The translations under genes were made by a program, and so were the position numbers. A stretch of DNA of 45,539 nucleotides, taken from IMG/VR virus record IMGVR_UViG_3300045988_099253; one strand, 5' to 3'. Positions 16,122 to 25,062 of this stretch are shown piece by piece. The notes under the pieces are model-generated. The model was not told the origin of the DNA. It did not search any database and saw only the letters and a program-made list of their open reading frames with translations. How positions within the stretch are numbered: the first letter of the stretch is position 1; every line of letters starts with the position of its first letter. The stretch comes from a virus.

Positions 16122-16705
16122 GCCAATACAAGAATATCGCAAAGGTGAAAGCCATAGAGCAAAAGCACCGGGAGCGGCTGTTGAAAGTTAATCCGGTGCT
16201 TGATGATAACAGCGGAATCTACTTCCTTACCCGGACCGATGGAAACGGAATCAATTATTTTTACATAGGCCAGGCAGTACATATCATGCAGCGGATGTGC
16301 AGTCATCTCACTGGATATCAGCACATAGACCTCAGCCTCAAAAAGCGAGGATTCTGGAGCGAGGAGAATCCCTACGGTTGGAGAATCGGGATCCGGCACT
16401 ATCCGGCGCCAGAGCTTGATAAGTGGGAACAATACTGGATCCTGGAATATACAAAGCGTGGTTATCAGTGCCGGTATAACAAGACCGCCGGTGGCCAGGG
16501 AGAGGAAAAGGAGAAAATCAATGACTTCCGTCCGGCAAAAGGATACCGTGACGGGCTGGCCCAGGGGCGGAAGAACATGGCAAGGGAACTTGGACATATT
16601 ATCAGCGTCCACCTATCCGTAAGTCTGAAGCCGGAGAAGCAGAATAACAAGGTATCTCAGAGGGCTTTTGAGAAATTTAATGAGCTTTTGGAGGAAGGAA
16701 AATGA
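16118..16705 (+). CDS. GIY-YIG domain nuclease
   Basis: GIYFLTRTDGNGINYFYIGQA...R..SH motif spacing. Confidence 0.7.
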   Translation: MSQYKNIAKVKAIEQKHRERLLKVNPVLDDNSGIYFLTRTDGNGINYFYIGQAVHIMQRMCSHLTGYQHIDLSLKKRGFWSEENPYGWRIGIRHYPAPELDKWEQYWILEYTKRGYQCRYNKTAGGQGEEKEKINDFRPAKGYRDGLAQGRKNMARELGHIISVHLSVSLKPEKQNNKVSQRAFEKFNELLEEGK

Positions 16706-16935
16706 CATTCAAAGAATTTGAAACATGGTATGAACAAAGAAATTGTGATGGGCATTTGGGTGCATTAGAAAGCATAGGGTGTAGTTGTATTATTGAAATA
16801 GTACACAAAAAATGGTTTTGGAAAAGAGAAAAGTTTTGGAAAGAAAAATACGCCACGGATGTTATGGAACTGGTTGTGAATCCGATCGAAAAGAAGATTA
16901 CAGAACTGGTAAATTCGGCAGATGACAATATTTGA
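16702..16935 (+). CDS. Hypothetical protein
   Basis: 77-aa ORF with ATGA overlap. Confidence 0.5.
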   Translation: MTFKEFETWYEQRNCDGHLGALESIGCSCIIEIVHKKWFWKREKFWKEKYATDVMELVVNPIEKKITELVNSADDNI

Positions 16936-17020
16936 TTTTATGGAGGAAAAATGAGCAGAAGTAATTTCAACGTTTTTATCTATGGCAGACAGGTAAATTC
17001 CGGAGGAAAGACGGCCCTGT

Positions 17021-17392
17021 GTGGGAAAAAGAAGAAAAGCCGGAGGATTAAGAGGGGAAAATAAGCGAAGGGGGTGGATAAGTATACGGACAAGGGAAAA
17101 GACACTCATTGACCTGGAAGTATTTCCAGGAGACGAGGGCAGATTGAAGGAGCGTTGCCGGGACTTGAAGCCGGGGGAGTATTCCACCCTCTACAACTGT
17201 GCAAAAAGTGCGGCTCCTGGCCTCGAGAAGGCCGTATGCGAGTCTATTACCAAAGAGGGCGAGGGATACCGCACACTGATTAAAAAAGGCTGGAACATCC
17301 CTGTTACGGAGGACGATTTCTACTCATACAAGCGCGGCACAATGGCCAAATTTTACCACTGGCTCCGTATGACGGGACAGTGGAAAGGCTGA
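17021..17392 (+). CDS. Hypothetical protein, possibly a late-gene transcriptional regulator; start uncertain
   Basis: Lies upstream of the terminase genes. The C-terminal DDFYSYKRGTMAKFYHWL resembles the ..TFYRYRR..F..L tail of RinA/ArpU-like activators. Confidence 0.35.
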   Translation: MGKRRKAGGLRGENKRRGWISIRTREKTLIDLEVFPGDEGRLKERCRDLKPGEYSTLYNCAKSAAPGLEKAVCESITKEGEGYRTLIKKGWNIPVTEDDFYSYKRGTMAKFYHWLRMTGQWKG

Positions 17393-17451
17393 AAATGTGA
17401 GGAGAGGTAGCACGCGGAATTGTGGTAAAATTAAGATAAAGGAATGAGAAG

Positions 17452-17703
17452 ATGAATCTTAATTTGACACTTAAAAAACTTCAGCGCGCGATCCTCTCCA
17501 CTGGCCTTATTGTCAAGATCGGAACCAGCCAATTTTACAGCCCAGAACAGGAGAGAATGATAACCATGTGGATATTGTCAACACCTACACTCCAGGAAAC
17601 GAGAAACGGCTGGCGGATGAGGGACTATGAGATATTGCGAACGGCGAGCACGGTGGAGGCTGTCAAGTGCCTGGCGGAGATATGGGAGCAGATAAAGGAG
17701 TGA
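17452..17703 (+). CDS. Hypothetical protein
   Basis: 83-aa ORF. Confidence 0.5.
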   Translation: MNLNLTLKKLQRAILSTGLIVKIGTSQFYSPEQERMITMWILSTPTLQETRNGWRMRDYEILRTASTVEAVKCLAEIWEQIKE

Positions 17704-17707
17704 AAGA

Positions 17708-18196
17708 ATGGATAATCCAGAGTTTACAATCAAGGTGGAGCCGTTTTCCTGGGATGATAACTTTTCCGAGGTGGCGTTGGAAGATTTCTCGCGGATCCAG
17801 AACAATCTGCCCTATGTAATGTCCCAGAATATTGGGATGGCACTGGCAAAGCTCAAGATGCTCGAAGAGGCTGCTGCGGAAGAGAAGAAACCGGATGCGC
17901 CCGACGGATTTGTAACCACAGACTTCCCAGAAAGCTGTTTGACCTGTGATTTCTGCCATGAGCGCGACTATGATAACAGGCAGATGATACAGGGGAAAAG
18001 ATTTTGCGGGATCGAAAACGTAGAAGTGGATAGATTCTGCTCTTATGAGAGACCGGGAAAGCCGGATTGGTGTCCGGTGAAGAAATTGCCAGAAAAATGC
18101 CCAATGCAAACGGAATCCGGAAGGCGTGTGATAGATTGGATGTATAACGCCGGGTGGAATGCTTGTGTGGACAAAATGATCGAAGGTGGTGGATAA
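17708..18196 (+). CDS. Cys-rich hypothetical protein
   Basis: 162-aa ORF with CLTCDFCH...FCG...FC...WCP. Confidence 0.55.
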   Translation: MDNPEFTIKVEPFSWDDNFSEVALEDFSRIQNNLPYVMSQNIGMALAKLKMLEEAAAEEKKPDAPDGFVTTDFPESCLTCDFCHERDYDNRQMIQGKRFCGIENVEVDRFCSYERPGKPDWCPVKKLPEKCPMQTESGRRVIDWMYNAGWNACVDKMIEGGG

Positions 18197-18577
18197 ATGC
18201 TTACACCGAAGCAGAAGGCGTTTGCGGATTATTTTTTACAAAGCGGGAATGTAACTGAAGCGGCGAGAAAAGCGGGATATTCGGAGAAAACAGCGGCAGT
18301 AATAGGCAATGAAAACTTAAAAAAACCTAATGTTTCCGCATATATCGCAGAACGCCAGAAACAAATCGACGATTCCCGCATCGCAGACGCCGCCGAGGTG
18401 CAAAGATTTTATTCTGCGGTGCTGCGGGGAGAAGTCAAAGACCAGTTTGGACTTGAGGCTTCGCTGGATACACGAATGGCCGCCGGGCGGGAACTGATGA
18501 AGCGGCATGAACGGACGGAAGGACAGAACACAGATGCCGGCGGCATTGTTATTGTGAATAACATACCGAGGGAATAA
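18197..18577 (+). CDS. terS: Terminase small subunit
   Basis: LTPKQKAFADYFLQSGNVTEAARKAGYSEKTA is typical of Terminase_2/P27-type small subunits. Immediately upstream of terL. Confidence 0.85.
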   Translation: MLTPKQKAFADYFLQSGNVTEAARKAGYSEKTAAVIGNENLKKPNVSAYIAERQKQIDDSRIADAAEVQRFYSAVLRGEVKDQFGLEASLDTRMAAGRELMKRHERTEGQNTDAGGIVIVNNIPRE

Positions 18578-18583
18578 AAGAAA

Positions 18584-19837
18584 ATGGCTGATACAATCCA
18601 ACTTACAGACATCATAGCCCCCGCCTTTTACCCCGTCCACTGGGACATCCTGGACGGAAAGCATACATACTACGACCTATACGGAGGGCGCGGCTCCACG
18701 AAATCCTCTTTTATAGGAACAGAAATTCCGCTGGGAATGATGATGGACGCAAAGAACGGAGTACATTCAAATGCCGTTATCTTCCGAAAAGTAGGAAATA
18801 CCCTCCGCGAATCCGTATTTGAGCAGATTGCATGGGGAATTGATGCGCTGGGAGCCAATGACCTGTGGGCATCCAGCGTCAGCCCCATGCAGTATGTATA
18901 TAGGCCCACGGGACAGAAAATTATCTTCCGGGGGCTGGACAAAGCGAAGAAAACGAAGTCCATCAAGACCAGCCGGGGATATTTCAAATACCTCTGGCTG
19001 GAGGAATTGGATGAGTTCTCCGGAATCGAAGAAATACGTACAGTACAGCAGTCTATTCTCCGCGGTGGGAGCAAGTTTGTGGTGTTCAAATCCTTTAACC
19101 CACCTATCAGCCGGAGCAACTGGGCAAACGTGTACATCAACGAGCCGAGAGAGGACAGTTACCGACACAAGAGCGATTATACAAGCGTTCCGGCGGATTG
19201 GCTTGGCGATCAGTTTATAGCTGACGCTGAGCACTTAAGAACCACAAATGAGCGGGCATATCGCCACGAGTACCTGGGCGAGCCGGTGGGCCTGGGGACC
19301 AATATCTTTGACATGCTGGAGATACGGACGATAACCGATGAGGAGATCCAGACATACCAGTCAATCTATCAAGGGCAAGACTTCGGATGGTACCCGGACC
19401 CGAAAGCCTTTATCCGGGCCGCCTATGTGCCCAATAAGGAGCAGATTGTCCTACTGGATGAGCTGGGCGGGTGCAAGATCAGAAATGCAGACATGGCGCA
19501 GATGATAAAGGACAAGGGGTATGACGATTATGCTCTGATGTGCGGCGTGGATGAACAGGAAAGCATTGTGGACCTTCGGGACGCCGGGATCCCGGCCAGA
19601 AACGCCATTGTAACGCCGGGGAGCCGGAAGTACACCTTTGAGTGGTTACAGTGCCGGACGATTGTTATTGATCCGGCCAGAACACCACGGGCATACAAGG
19701 AAATTACAGAATACGAACATGAAGTAGACGGCAACGGAGAAGTGATAGCAGATTACCCGGACGGCAACGATCACTGGATCGACGCTCTCCGCTATGCAAT
19801 ATCTCCGATGGCTATGAGGAGAGGACACAGCGCATAA
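18584..19837 (+). CDS. terL: Terminase large subunit (PBSX/XtmB-like)
   Basis: Walker A-like GGRGSTKS; size and position fit; C-terminal nuclease acidic residues present. Confidence 0.85.
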   Translation: MADTIQLTDIIAPAFYPVHWDILDGKHTYYDLYGGRGSTKSSFIGTEIPLGMMMDAKNGVHSNAVIFRKVGNTLRESVFEQIAWGIDALGANDLWASSVSPMQYVYRPTGQKIIFRGLDKAKKTKSIKTSRGYFKYLWLEELDEFSGIEEIRTVQQSILRGGSKFVVFKSFNPPISRSNWANVYINEPREDSYRHKSDYTSVPADWLGDQFIADAEHLRTTNERAYRHEYLGEPVGLGTNIFDMLEIRTITDEEIQTYQSIYQGQDFGWYPDPKAFIRAAYVPNKEQIVLLDELGGCKIRNADMAQMIKDKGYDDYALMCGVDEQESIVDLRDAGIPARNAIVTPGSRKYTFEWLQCRTIVIDPARTPRAYKEITEYEHEVDGNGEVIADYPDGNDHWIDALRYAISPMAMRRGHSA

Positions 19838-21261
19838 TGGGAATTATCGCAACAGTAAAAAGGTGGATAGGGATGATATTCAGAAAACAAGCAGAAAAAG
19901 ATTTCCGGGTAAAGGATATCGCATCGGCGCAGATGCTGACAAAAATCTCAGAATGGGCGAACATTTACCAGGGAACTCCGTACTGGTTGGACGCAGAGGA
20001 GAGAATTAAGACCATCAACTTTGCAAAGTCTGTATGCTCTGAGACAGCGCGTCTTGTTATGTTGGGGATTAAGATACAGGTCAGCGGCGGGGAGCGTGGG
20101 AAATGGCTCCAGGAGCAGATTGATAAGGCGTATTATAATCTTCGTGACTGGGTAGAGTATGGATGTGCATACGGCACAATCATTATCAAACCTACGGATG
20201 ATGGGTTCGACTTTGTCTCCCCTCTTAATTTCATGGTGACGGAGACGGACGGGAACAACAATATTACGGGAATCGTTTTCCGGGAAACATATGAGGAAAA
20301 CGATAAATACTACACTCGCCTGGAGTACCATAATTTCGTGGCAGAACATGAAGATGGAAAGACGGTATATCCGTACTACATCGAAAATAAAACCTACGTT
20401 TCCAAAAATTCGAGCTCTATCGGTGACCCGATTGCGATAACCGACACAAGATGGGCGCATCTGGCCCCGATTGAGCGGATTATAAAAGACAACAACGAGC
20501 GGTTAGATTCCTCCATGTTCGGGGTGTTCCGAACTCCCGGAGCGAATAATATAGACCTTGCTTCTCCACTTGGGATGCCTGTTTTTGCGTCGGCCATCGA
20601 AGAAATGAAGGACCTGGATATCGCATACAGCCGAAACGCAGGAGAGGTCTATGACAGCGAAAAGATAATCCTGGCAGATGACCGGCTTATGTACGACAGC
20701 GGGAAAAGCCTTAATGGACGTGTTGCGGATGTGAAGATGCCGCATTATGTCAAGAATGTGTTTGGTAACAGCCCGGAGGAGTTTTACCAGGAGATTAACC
20801 CGCAGCTTAACACTGATACCAGGCTTTCCGGGATTAATGCCCTTCTGTCCCAGATCGGGTACAAGTGCGGCTTTTCTAACGGGTATTTCGTATTCAACGA
20901 ATCCTCCGGGATCCAGACAGCGACAGGCGTTGAAGCGGAGCAGCAGCGGACGATCCAGTTTATCAAGGATGTCCGGGACAAGCTGGAAAGCTGTCTGAAT
21001 GATGCTATCTACGCAATGTCTGTGTATGCAGATGGGTATGGGTTAGCCCCCAAAGGTAATTATGATGTGGTGTACAGCTTCGGGGACATTACATATAATT
21101 TTGACGAGGACAGGGCGAGGGCGTACCAGCTTACATTACAAGGGTTTTACACAAAAGAGTATTACCTTGAAAAATATGAGGGATTCACGCCGGAAGAAGC
21201 GGCAGCAATGGTGACGGCGGCACAGCCGAAAGAAGAACCGGGATTTTTCCAGGAGGAATAA
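19837..21261 (+). CDS. Portal protein
   Basis: 474 aa, directly after terL, with a typical SPP1-like portal N-terminal pattern. Confidence 0.75.
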   Translation: MGIIATVKRWIGMIFRKQAEKDFRVKDIASAQMLTKISEWANIYQGTPYWLDAEERIKTINFAKSVCSETARLVMLGIKIQVSGGERGKWLQEQIDKAYYNLRDWVEYGCAYGTIIIKPTDDGFDFVSPLNFMVTETDGNNNITGIVFRETYEENDKYYTRLEYHNFVAEHEDGKTVYPYYIENKTYVSKNSSSIGDPIAITDTRWAHLAPIERIIKDNNERLDSSMFGVFRTPGANNIDLASPLGMPVFASAIEEMKDLDIAYSRNAGEVYDSEKIILADDRLMYDSGKSLNGRVADVKMPHYVKNVFGNSPEEFYQEINPQLNTDTRLSGINALLSQIGYKCGFSNGYFVFNESSGIQTATGVEAEQQRTIQFIKDVRDKLESCLNDAIYAMSVYADGYGLAPKGNYDVVYSFGDITYNFDEDRARAYQLTLQGFYTKEYYLEKYEGFTPEEAAAMVTAAQPKEEPGFFQEE

Positions 21262-21262
21262 C

Positions 21263-21364
21263 ATGGAAATATTATTTGCAATCGTGGTAATTATAGGTAC
21301 TGTTTTGCTTTTTGATTGTATTGATGGCGTAAAAAGGCAAAACAAAAGGAAGAAGAAAAAATAA
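21263..21364 (+). CDS. Small TM peptide (33 aa)
   Basis: Strong SD AGGAGGA 5 nt upstream. A hydrophobic helix is followed by a KRKKKK tail. Confidence 0.4.
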   Translation: MEILFAIVVIIGTVLLFDCIDGVKRQNKRKKKK

Positions 21365-21382
21365 TAAGTGAGGAGGAATAAA

Positions 21383-21562
21383 ATGAGAGAAGAAACTATG
21401 ATTGTCATGACATCGGATGACGTATTTCAAGCAATCTTTGAATATCTGGATGGAAGAGGTATAGATTGTAGTGACGGACGTGTGGACTTTTGCCCCTTCA
21501 CACAAAATGGAGAGTTCGATTTTGAATGTAAGATAACAGGAGTAAAGAAAAAATATGCTTGA
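21383..21562 (+). CDS. Hypothetical protein
   Basis: SD GAGGAGGA upstream of the ATG at 21383. Confidence 0.5.
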   Translation: MREETMIVMTSDDVFQAIFEYLDGRGIDCSDGRVDFCPFTQNGEFDFECKITGVKKKYA

Positions 21563-22361
21563 CCCTCATTATCTCCAGCAAATAGCGGACGGGGCGGAAA
21601 ACATTGCTTCCCAGCTCCATGAGTACATAATCCGCCAGATCGTAGACCGCATGATGATACGCATCGGGCGGGGGGACGATTATCTCCTTACCTCCTCCGA
21701 TGCGTGGCGCATCCAGGTGTTACAGGACAGCGGATACCTTTTACAGGACATCACGGCGGAGCTGACGAAGTACACGAAGCGGCAGGAGAAGGAAATCAAG
21801 GCGGCTATGGAAGAGGCCGGAGTCAAGGCCCTGGAATACGATGACAAGATATACCGGGCCGCCGGGCTGTCTCCCATGTCGCTGACACAGTCCCCGGCGC
21901 TGATCCGGCTCATGGAGCGGAACTACAACGCCACCCTGGGAGAGTGGCGGAACATGACCCGCAGCACCGCAGAAGCCGCACAGAAGCTTTTTCTGAACGA
22001 ATGTGATTTTGCCTATAACAAAGTCATGAGCGGGGCCATAAGCTACTCACAGGCCGTCAGAGAGGCCGTGGAGAGCGTTGCAATCGGCGGAGTGTATGTG
22101 GACTACCCTTCCGGTCACCGAGACACCATAGAGGTCGCCACAGCGCGGGCCGTGCGTACCGGGATAGCCCAGGCGTGTGCAGATATAACGCTTGCCAGAA
22201 TGAAAGAAATGGGCTGTTCACTGGTCTTGACATCGGCGCATATAGGCGCACGTACAGGGTCAGGAGGGCCAGATCATACAAACCACCTATACTGGCAAGC
22301 CGGAATATATTCTGTTGACTGGGACAAGGTTGACAAGGCAAAGAAAAAAGAGGGTGGTTAA
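21555..22361 (+). CDS. Minor capsid/head morphogenesis protein, N-terminal fragment of a split gene
   Basis: Phage_min_cap2-like pattern up to SAHIGAR...HLYWQAGIYS. The ORF then runs into AT-rich inserted DNA and stops. Confidence 0.7.
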   Translation: MLDPHYLQQIADGAENIASQLHEYIIRQIVDRMMIRIGRGDDYLLTSSDAWRIQVLQDSGYLLQDITAELTKYTKRQEKEIKAAMEEAGVKALEYDDKIYRAAGLSPMSLTQSPALIRLMERNYNATLGEWRNMTRSTAEAAQKLFLNECDFAYNKVMSGAISYSQAVREAVESVAIGGVYVDYPSGHRDTIEVATARAVRTGIAQACADITLARMKEMGCSLVLTSAHIGARTGSGGPDHTNHLYWQAGIYSVDWDKVDKAKKKEGG

Positions 22362-22522
22362 TCCCTCTTGATACTTTCGAGATATGCGGATACCGCTTTA
22401 TCGAATAATTTGCTTAAAGGTATCCCAGTTTCTTCAGAATATTCCTTCAGCTTTGCATATAACTCTTTGTCGATTGATGTAGATATAGCAGTACGATTTT
22501 TTAATCCTCTGTTAGATACCAT
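22358..22522 (-). CDS. Ribbon-helix-helix (CopG/Arc-like) DNA-binding protein
   Basis: SD AAAGGAGG upstream. RTAISTSIDKELYAKLKEYSEETGIPLSKLFDKAVSAYLE fits a beta-strand plus two helices. Confidence 0.65.
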   Translation of the reverse strand: MVSNRGLKNRTAISTSIDKELYAKLKEYSEETGIPLSKLFDKAVSAYLESIKRD

Positions 22523-22639
22523 ATGAACGCCTCCTTTTAAAATAGAATACCATATCTTTTTATTCATTGCAATTACTTTCAATTTATGATAAAATAAAAA
22601 TAAGTTGAAATAAATTGAAATAATAAAAGGAGAGATTAT

Positions 22640-23320
22640 ATGACATTTGAGGAGTTTTGCGTAGAAAATGGAAAAAGGCAAAAAGAAGAAGTACGTCAGA
22701 CTGGAAAATACTCTCATGGAATGGCTGGAACAAGGCTTTATAGAATATGGTCTGGAATGAAAATAAGGACTTCAGAAAATGCTCAGTCGCATAATAAAGT
22801 TGCATATTTTGATAGAGGAATAAAGGTATGCGAAGAATGGGAAAGATTTGAAGCGTTTTTATTTTGGGCTTATATAAGCGGATACAATAAAGGCTTAACG
22901 ATAGACAGGATAGACGTTGACAAAGGATATTCCCCTGATAATTGCCGTTGGGTTCCGCTGAAATGGCAAAATAATAATAAACAGAGTAGTTGGAAGATAG
23001 AGTATCAAGGACAGACAAAAACTGTAGGAGAATGGGAACATTTTTTCGGTGTTCGGCGCGAATATATCAGAGGAAAACTTAATCATGGCTGGACGTTTGG
23101 AGAAATTGTAGAAAATATAAAAAATCCCACAACGCTGAACAAGAACAATAAAAGCGGAATAAAAGGAGTTCTGTTTGACAATAACCATTCAAAATGGAGG
23201 GCTTATATTTCCGTAGGTGGGAAGCGTGTGGAAGATAGAGTTTTCCGAACAAAGGAAGAAGCTATAGAAGCAAGAAAACAAATGGAGTTAAGATATTGGG
23301 GTTATACCAATATTGAATAA
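22640..23320 (+). CDS. HNH-type homing endonuclease with a C-terminal AP2 DNA-binding domain
   Basis: TRLYRIWSGMKIR..., LTIDRIDVDKGYSPDNCRWV, and the AP2-like SGIKGV....SKWRAYISVGGKRV....F.TKEEAIEARK. Confidence 0.7.
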   Translation: MTFEEFCVENGKRQKEEVRQTGKYSHGMAGTRLYRIWSGMKIRTSENAQSHNKVAYFDRGIKVCEEWERFEAFLFWAYISGYNKGLTIDRIDVDKGYSPDNCRWVPLKWQNNNKQSSWKIEYQGQTKTVGEWEHFFGVRREYIRGKLNHGWTFGEIVENIKNPTTLNKNNKSGIKGVLFDNNHSKWRAYISVGGKRVEDRVFRTKEEAIEARKQMELRYWGYTNIE

Positions 23321-23333
23321 AGGGGGCGATTGA

Positions 23334-23420
23334 ATGAGTAGTTTGTATCCAGATTTTGTTGATACCTGTGGCTGGGGCAAGGTTGACGGGATTTGCGGGG
23401 CAAACTGCCGAACGTCATAG
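23334..23420 (+). CDS. Minor capsid protein middle fragment (MSSLYPDFVDTCGWGKVDGICGANCRTS*), in the same frame as 21555-22361
   Basis: Has its own SD AAAGGGGG and ATG supplied at the insertion edge. Conserved YPDF..CGWG...CGANCR motif. Confidence 0.45.
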   Translation: MSSLYPDFVDTCGWGKVDGICGANCRTS

Positions 23421-23793
23421 CTTCGGCCCGTACTATGAGGGACAAGAAAATCCCTATAAAGATATAATGACAGCCGATAACGTTCGCATAGAAAAGCTGG
23501 AGCAACGCCAGCGTACCCTTGAGCGTCGTGTCCGCAAGACAAAGCGGGAGGTCATGGGGCTACAAGAGGCCGTGGATAAATGCCAGGACGAGGCGGCAAG
23601 GTTTGAATTGCAACAGACCCTTGACCGAAAATCCTATCTCCTGTCCCGGCAGAATAAGGCATACAATGAGTTTTGCAAAGAGAACAGTTTGCGACCGCTT
23701 TCAGAACGCCTCCAGATTGCCAAGTGGTCAAGAGAACAGGCGGCAAAAGCCAGAGGGGCGGCGCGGCGGTATCAGAATACGAAAGGGGAATGA
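23356..23793 (+). CDS. Minor capsid protein C-terminal fragment, in the +1 frame. Family-like sequence starts about 23412 (RHSFGPYY...).
   Basis: The conserved motif NCR/RHSF is broken across two frames at 23406-23420. The C-terminal coiled coil plus NKAYNEFCKENSLRPLSERLQ is typical of the family. Confidence 0.55.
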   Translation: MLIPVAGARLTGFAGQTAERHSFGPYYEGQENPYKDIMTADNVRIEKLEQRQRTLERRVRKTKREVMGLQEAVDKCQDEAARFELQQTLDRKSYLLSRQNKAYNEFCKENSLRPLSERLQIAKWSREQAAKARGAARRYQNTKGE

Positions 23794-23918
23794 TTATGCC
23801 AATTATGATACAAGGGATCATAGCAACGAATCAAGCCAATGCAATTAGGCAGAGGAGAGAAGAAGAGGAAAAACGTAAGAAAGAGAAGGACAGGAAAGAA
23901 AGTGAGCGCAAGAAGTGA
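23790..23918 (+). CDS. Small hypothetical protein with a highly charged C-terminus (42 aa)
   Basis: ATGA overlap; SD AAAGGGGA. Confidence 0.35.
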   Translation: MIMPIMIQGIIATNQANAIRQRREEEEKRKKEKDRKESERKK

Positions 23919-24292
23919 GCAGATGGAAACAATTCAATCCTAATCCCAGCGCCCGCCGTGTAGGCGATTGCGTTATCCGGGCGATATGCAAGGCCCTTGA
24001 CATTGATTGGGAGACAGCATTTTCCGGTGTGATGGTTAAGGCGTGTCAGCTTTCGGATATGCCGTCTGCCAACGTTGTGTGGGGAGCGTATCTTCGGGAC
24101 AACGGATTCCGGCGGCATATCGTAGACGATCACGGACAGTATATTTACACAGTGGAGGACTTTTGCCGGGATCATCCGGTGGGAACATATATCCTGGCTA
24201 TTGACGGACATGTGGTGTGCATACAGGACGGGTATTATTGGGATACATGGGACAGCGGACAGGAGATACCTATTTATTACTGGGAGAGATAA
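23915..24292 (+). CDS. Conserved phage protein, possible papain-like Cys/His fold
   Basis: VGDCVIRAI...MPSANVVWGAYL...GHVVCIQDGYYWDTWDSG pattern, recalled from many phages and plasmids. Confidence 0.6.
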   Translation: MSRWKQFNPNPSARRVGDCVIRAICKALDIDWETAFSGVMVKACQLSDMPSANVVWGAYLRDNGFRRHIVDDHGQYIYTVEDFCRDHPVGTYILAIDGHVVCIQDGYYWDTWDSGQEIPIYYWER

Positions 24293-24293
24293 T

Positions 24294-24473
24294 ATGAGTA
24301 GATGGCTAGAGCAACTTCCGGACGGAACATACAAAGTAGATGTTTATGACAAAGAAGGCTGTAAATATTTCTGTAATGAAGTATGTTGTAATGACCAGTG
24401 CAAAATGTGTTGTGACTTTCCGGACCCAGACGAGGATTGTAAAATATGCCAATATTTTGAACCGGAGGACTGA
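24294..24473 (+). CDS. Small Cys-rich protein (59 aa)
   Basis: ORF begins 2 nt after the upstream stop; 10 Cys residues. Confidence 0.4.
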   Translation: MSRWLEQLPDGTYKVDVYDKEGCKYFCNEVCCNDQCKMCCDFPDPDEDCKICQYFEPED

Positions 24474-24476
24474 TAC

Positions 24477-24779
24477 ATGGACGTAATGGAGACAGTACAG
24501 ACGATACTTGCAATTTGCGGAGGTATTTCCGTTATTGGCGGTGCGGCGGCGGTGATCCACAAGTGGATTGCTCCGGCGGTTAAACTAAATGACCGGGTGG
24601 AGACACTGGAAAGACACGACAAAAGAGATTATGAGGCCATGCAGGAAATCAGAGAAAGAGACAGCCTCATCATGGAAACGCTGGTGACTATGCTTAACAG
24701 CCAGATATCCGGGAACAACGTGGAGCAGTTAAAAAAAACGAGAGACAAGCTCATTTCCTATCTGGCACAGACGCAGTAA
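24477..24779 (+). CDS. N-terminal TM plus coiled-coil protein (BhlA/UviB-like architecture)
   Basis: TM helix ILAICGGISVIGGAAAVI followed by a charged helix. Confidence 0.5.
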   Translation: MDVMETVQTILAICGGISVIGGAAAVIHKWIAPAVKLNDRVETLERHDKRDYEAMQEIRERDSLIMETLVTMLNSQISGNNVEQLKKTRDKLISYLAQTQ

Positions 24780-24790
24780 GGAGAATCTTT

Positions 24791-25054
24791 TTGAAGGTAT
24801 ATGATTTCACGGTGCCACAGCTGGCATATTACGAAGAATTTTGCAATTTCAGCCCACAGGAATCCGCGCTTTTTGATCTCAGAAAGAAGGGCGTACCTCT
24901 GGAACAATGTGCGGAGATTATGCACTGTGAAATGACAAATGTCAAGAAGATTAGCCGAAGAGTAAATAATAAGATTATACAGTTGACAGACAGTAAACGC
25001 ATGAATGAGTGGATAAACAAGGTTTACTGGCCAAAAGTAATTAACAGGGAATAG
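24791..25054 (+). CDS. Small sigma-region-4/LuxR-like HTH regulator
   Basis: SPQESALFDLRKKGVPLEQCAEIMHCEMTNVKKISRRV is typical of region 4 HTH. AT-rich. TTG start. Confidence 0.5.
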   Translation: MKVYDFTVPQLAYYEEFCNFSPQESALFDLRKKGVPLEQCAEIMHCEMTNVKKISRRVNNKIIQLTDSKRMNEWINKVYWPKVINRE

Positions 25055-25062
25055 TTTTTATG

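Larger units (their letters stand above)
22336..23333. mobile_element. AT-rich ~1-kb insertion (RHH gene plus HNH/AP2 homing-endonuclease-like gene) splitting the minor capsid gene
   Basis: Flanked by a degenerate duplication, TGGGACAAGGTTGAC (22321-22335) and TGGGGCAAGGTTGAC (23373-23387). There is an abrupt composition change. Confidence 0.6.

Noticed and set aside
16951-17392. The overlapping small ORF (16951-17064, 37 aa) and ORF 17021-17392 around GGGAAAAAGAAGAAAAG might be a frameshift site
   Set aside because: The required shift would be +1 and the A-rich tract is not in an X XXY YYZ register. An uncertain start codon for the 17021 ORF is the more likely explanation.
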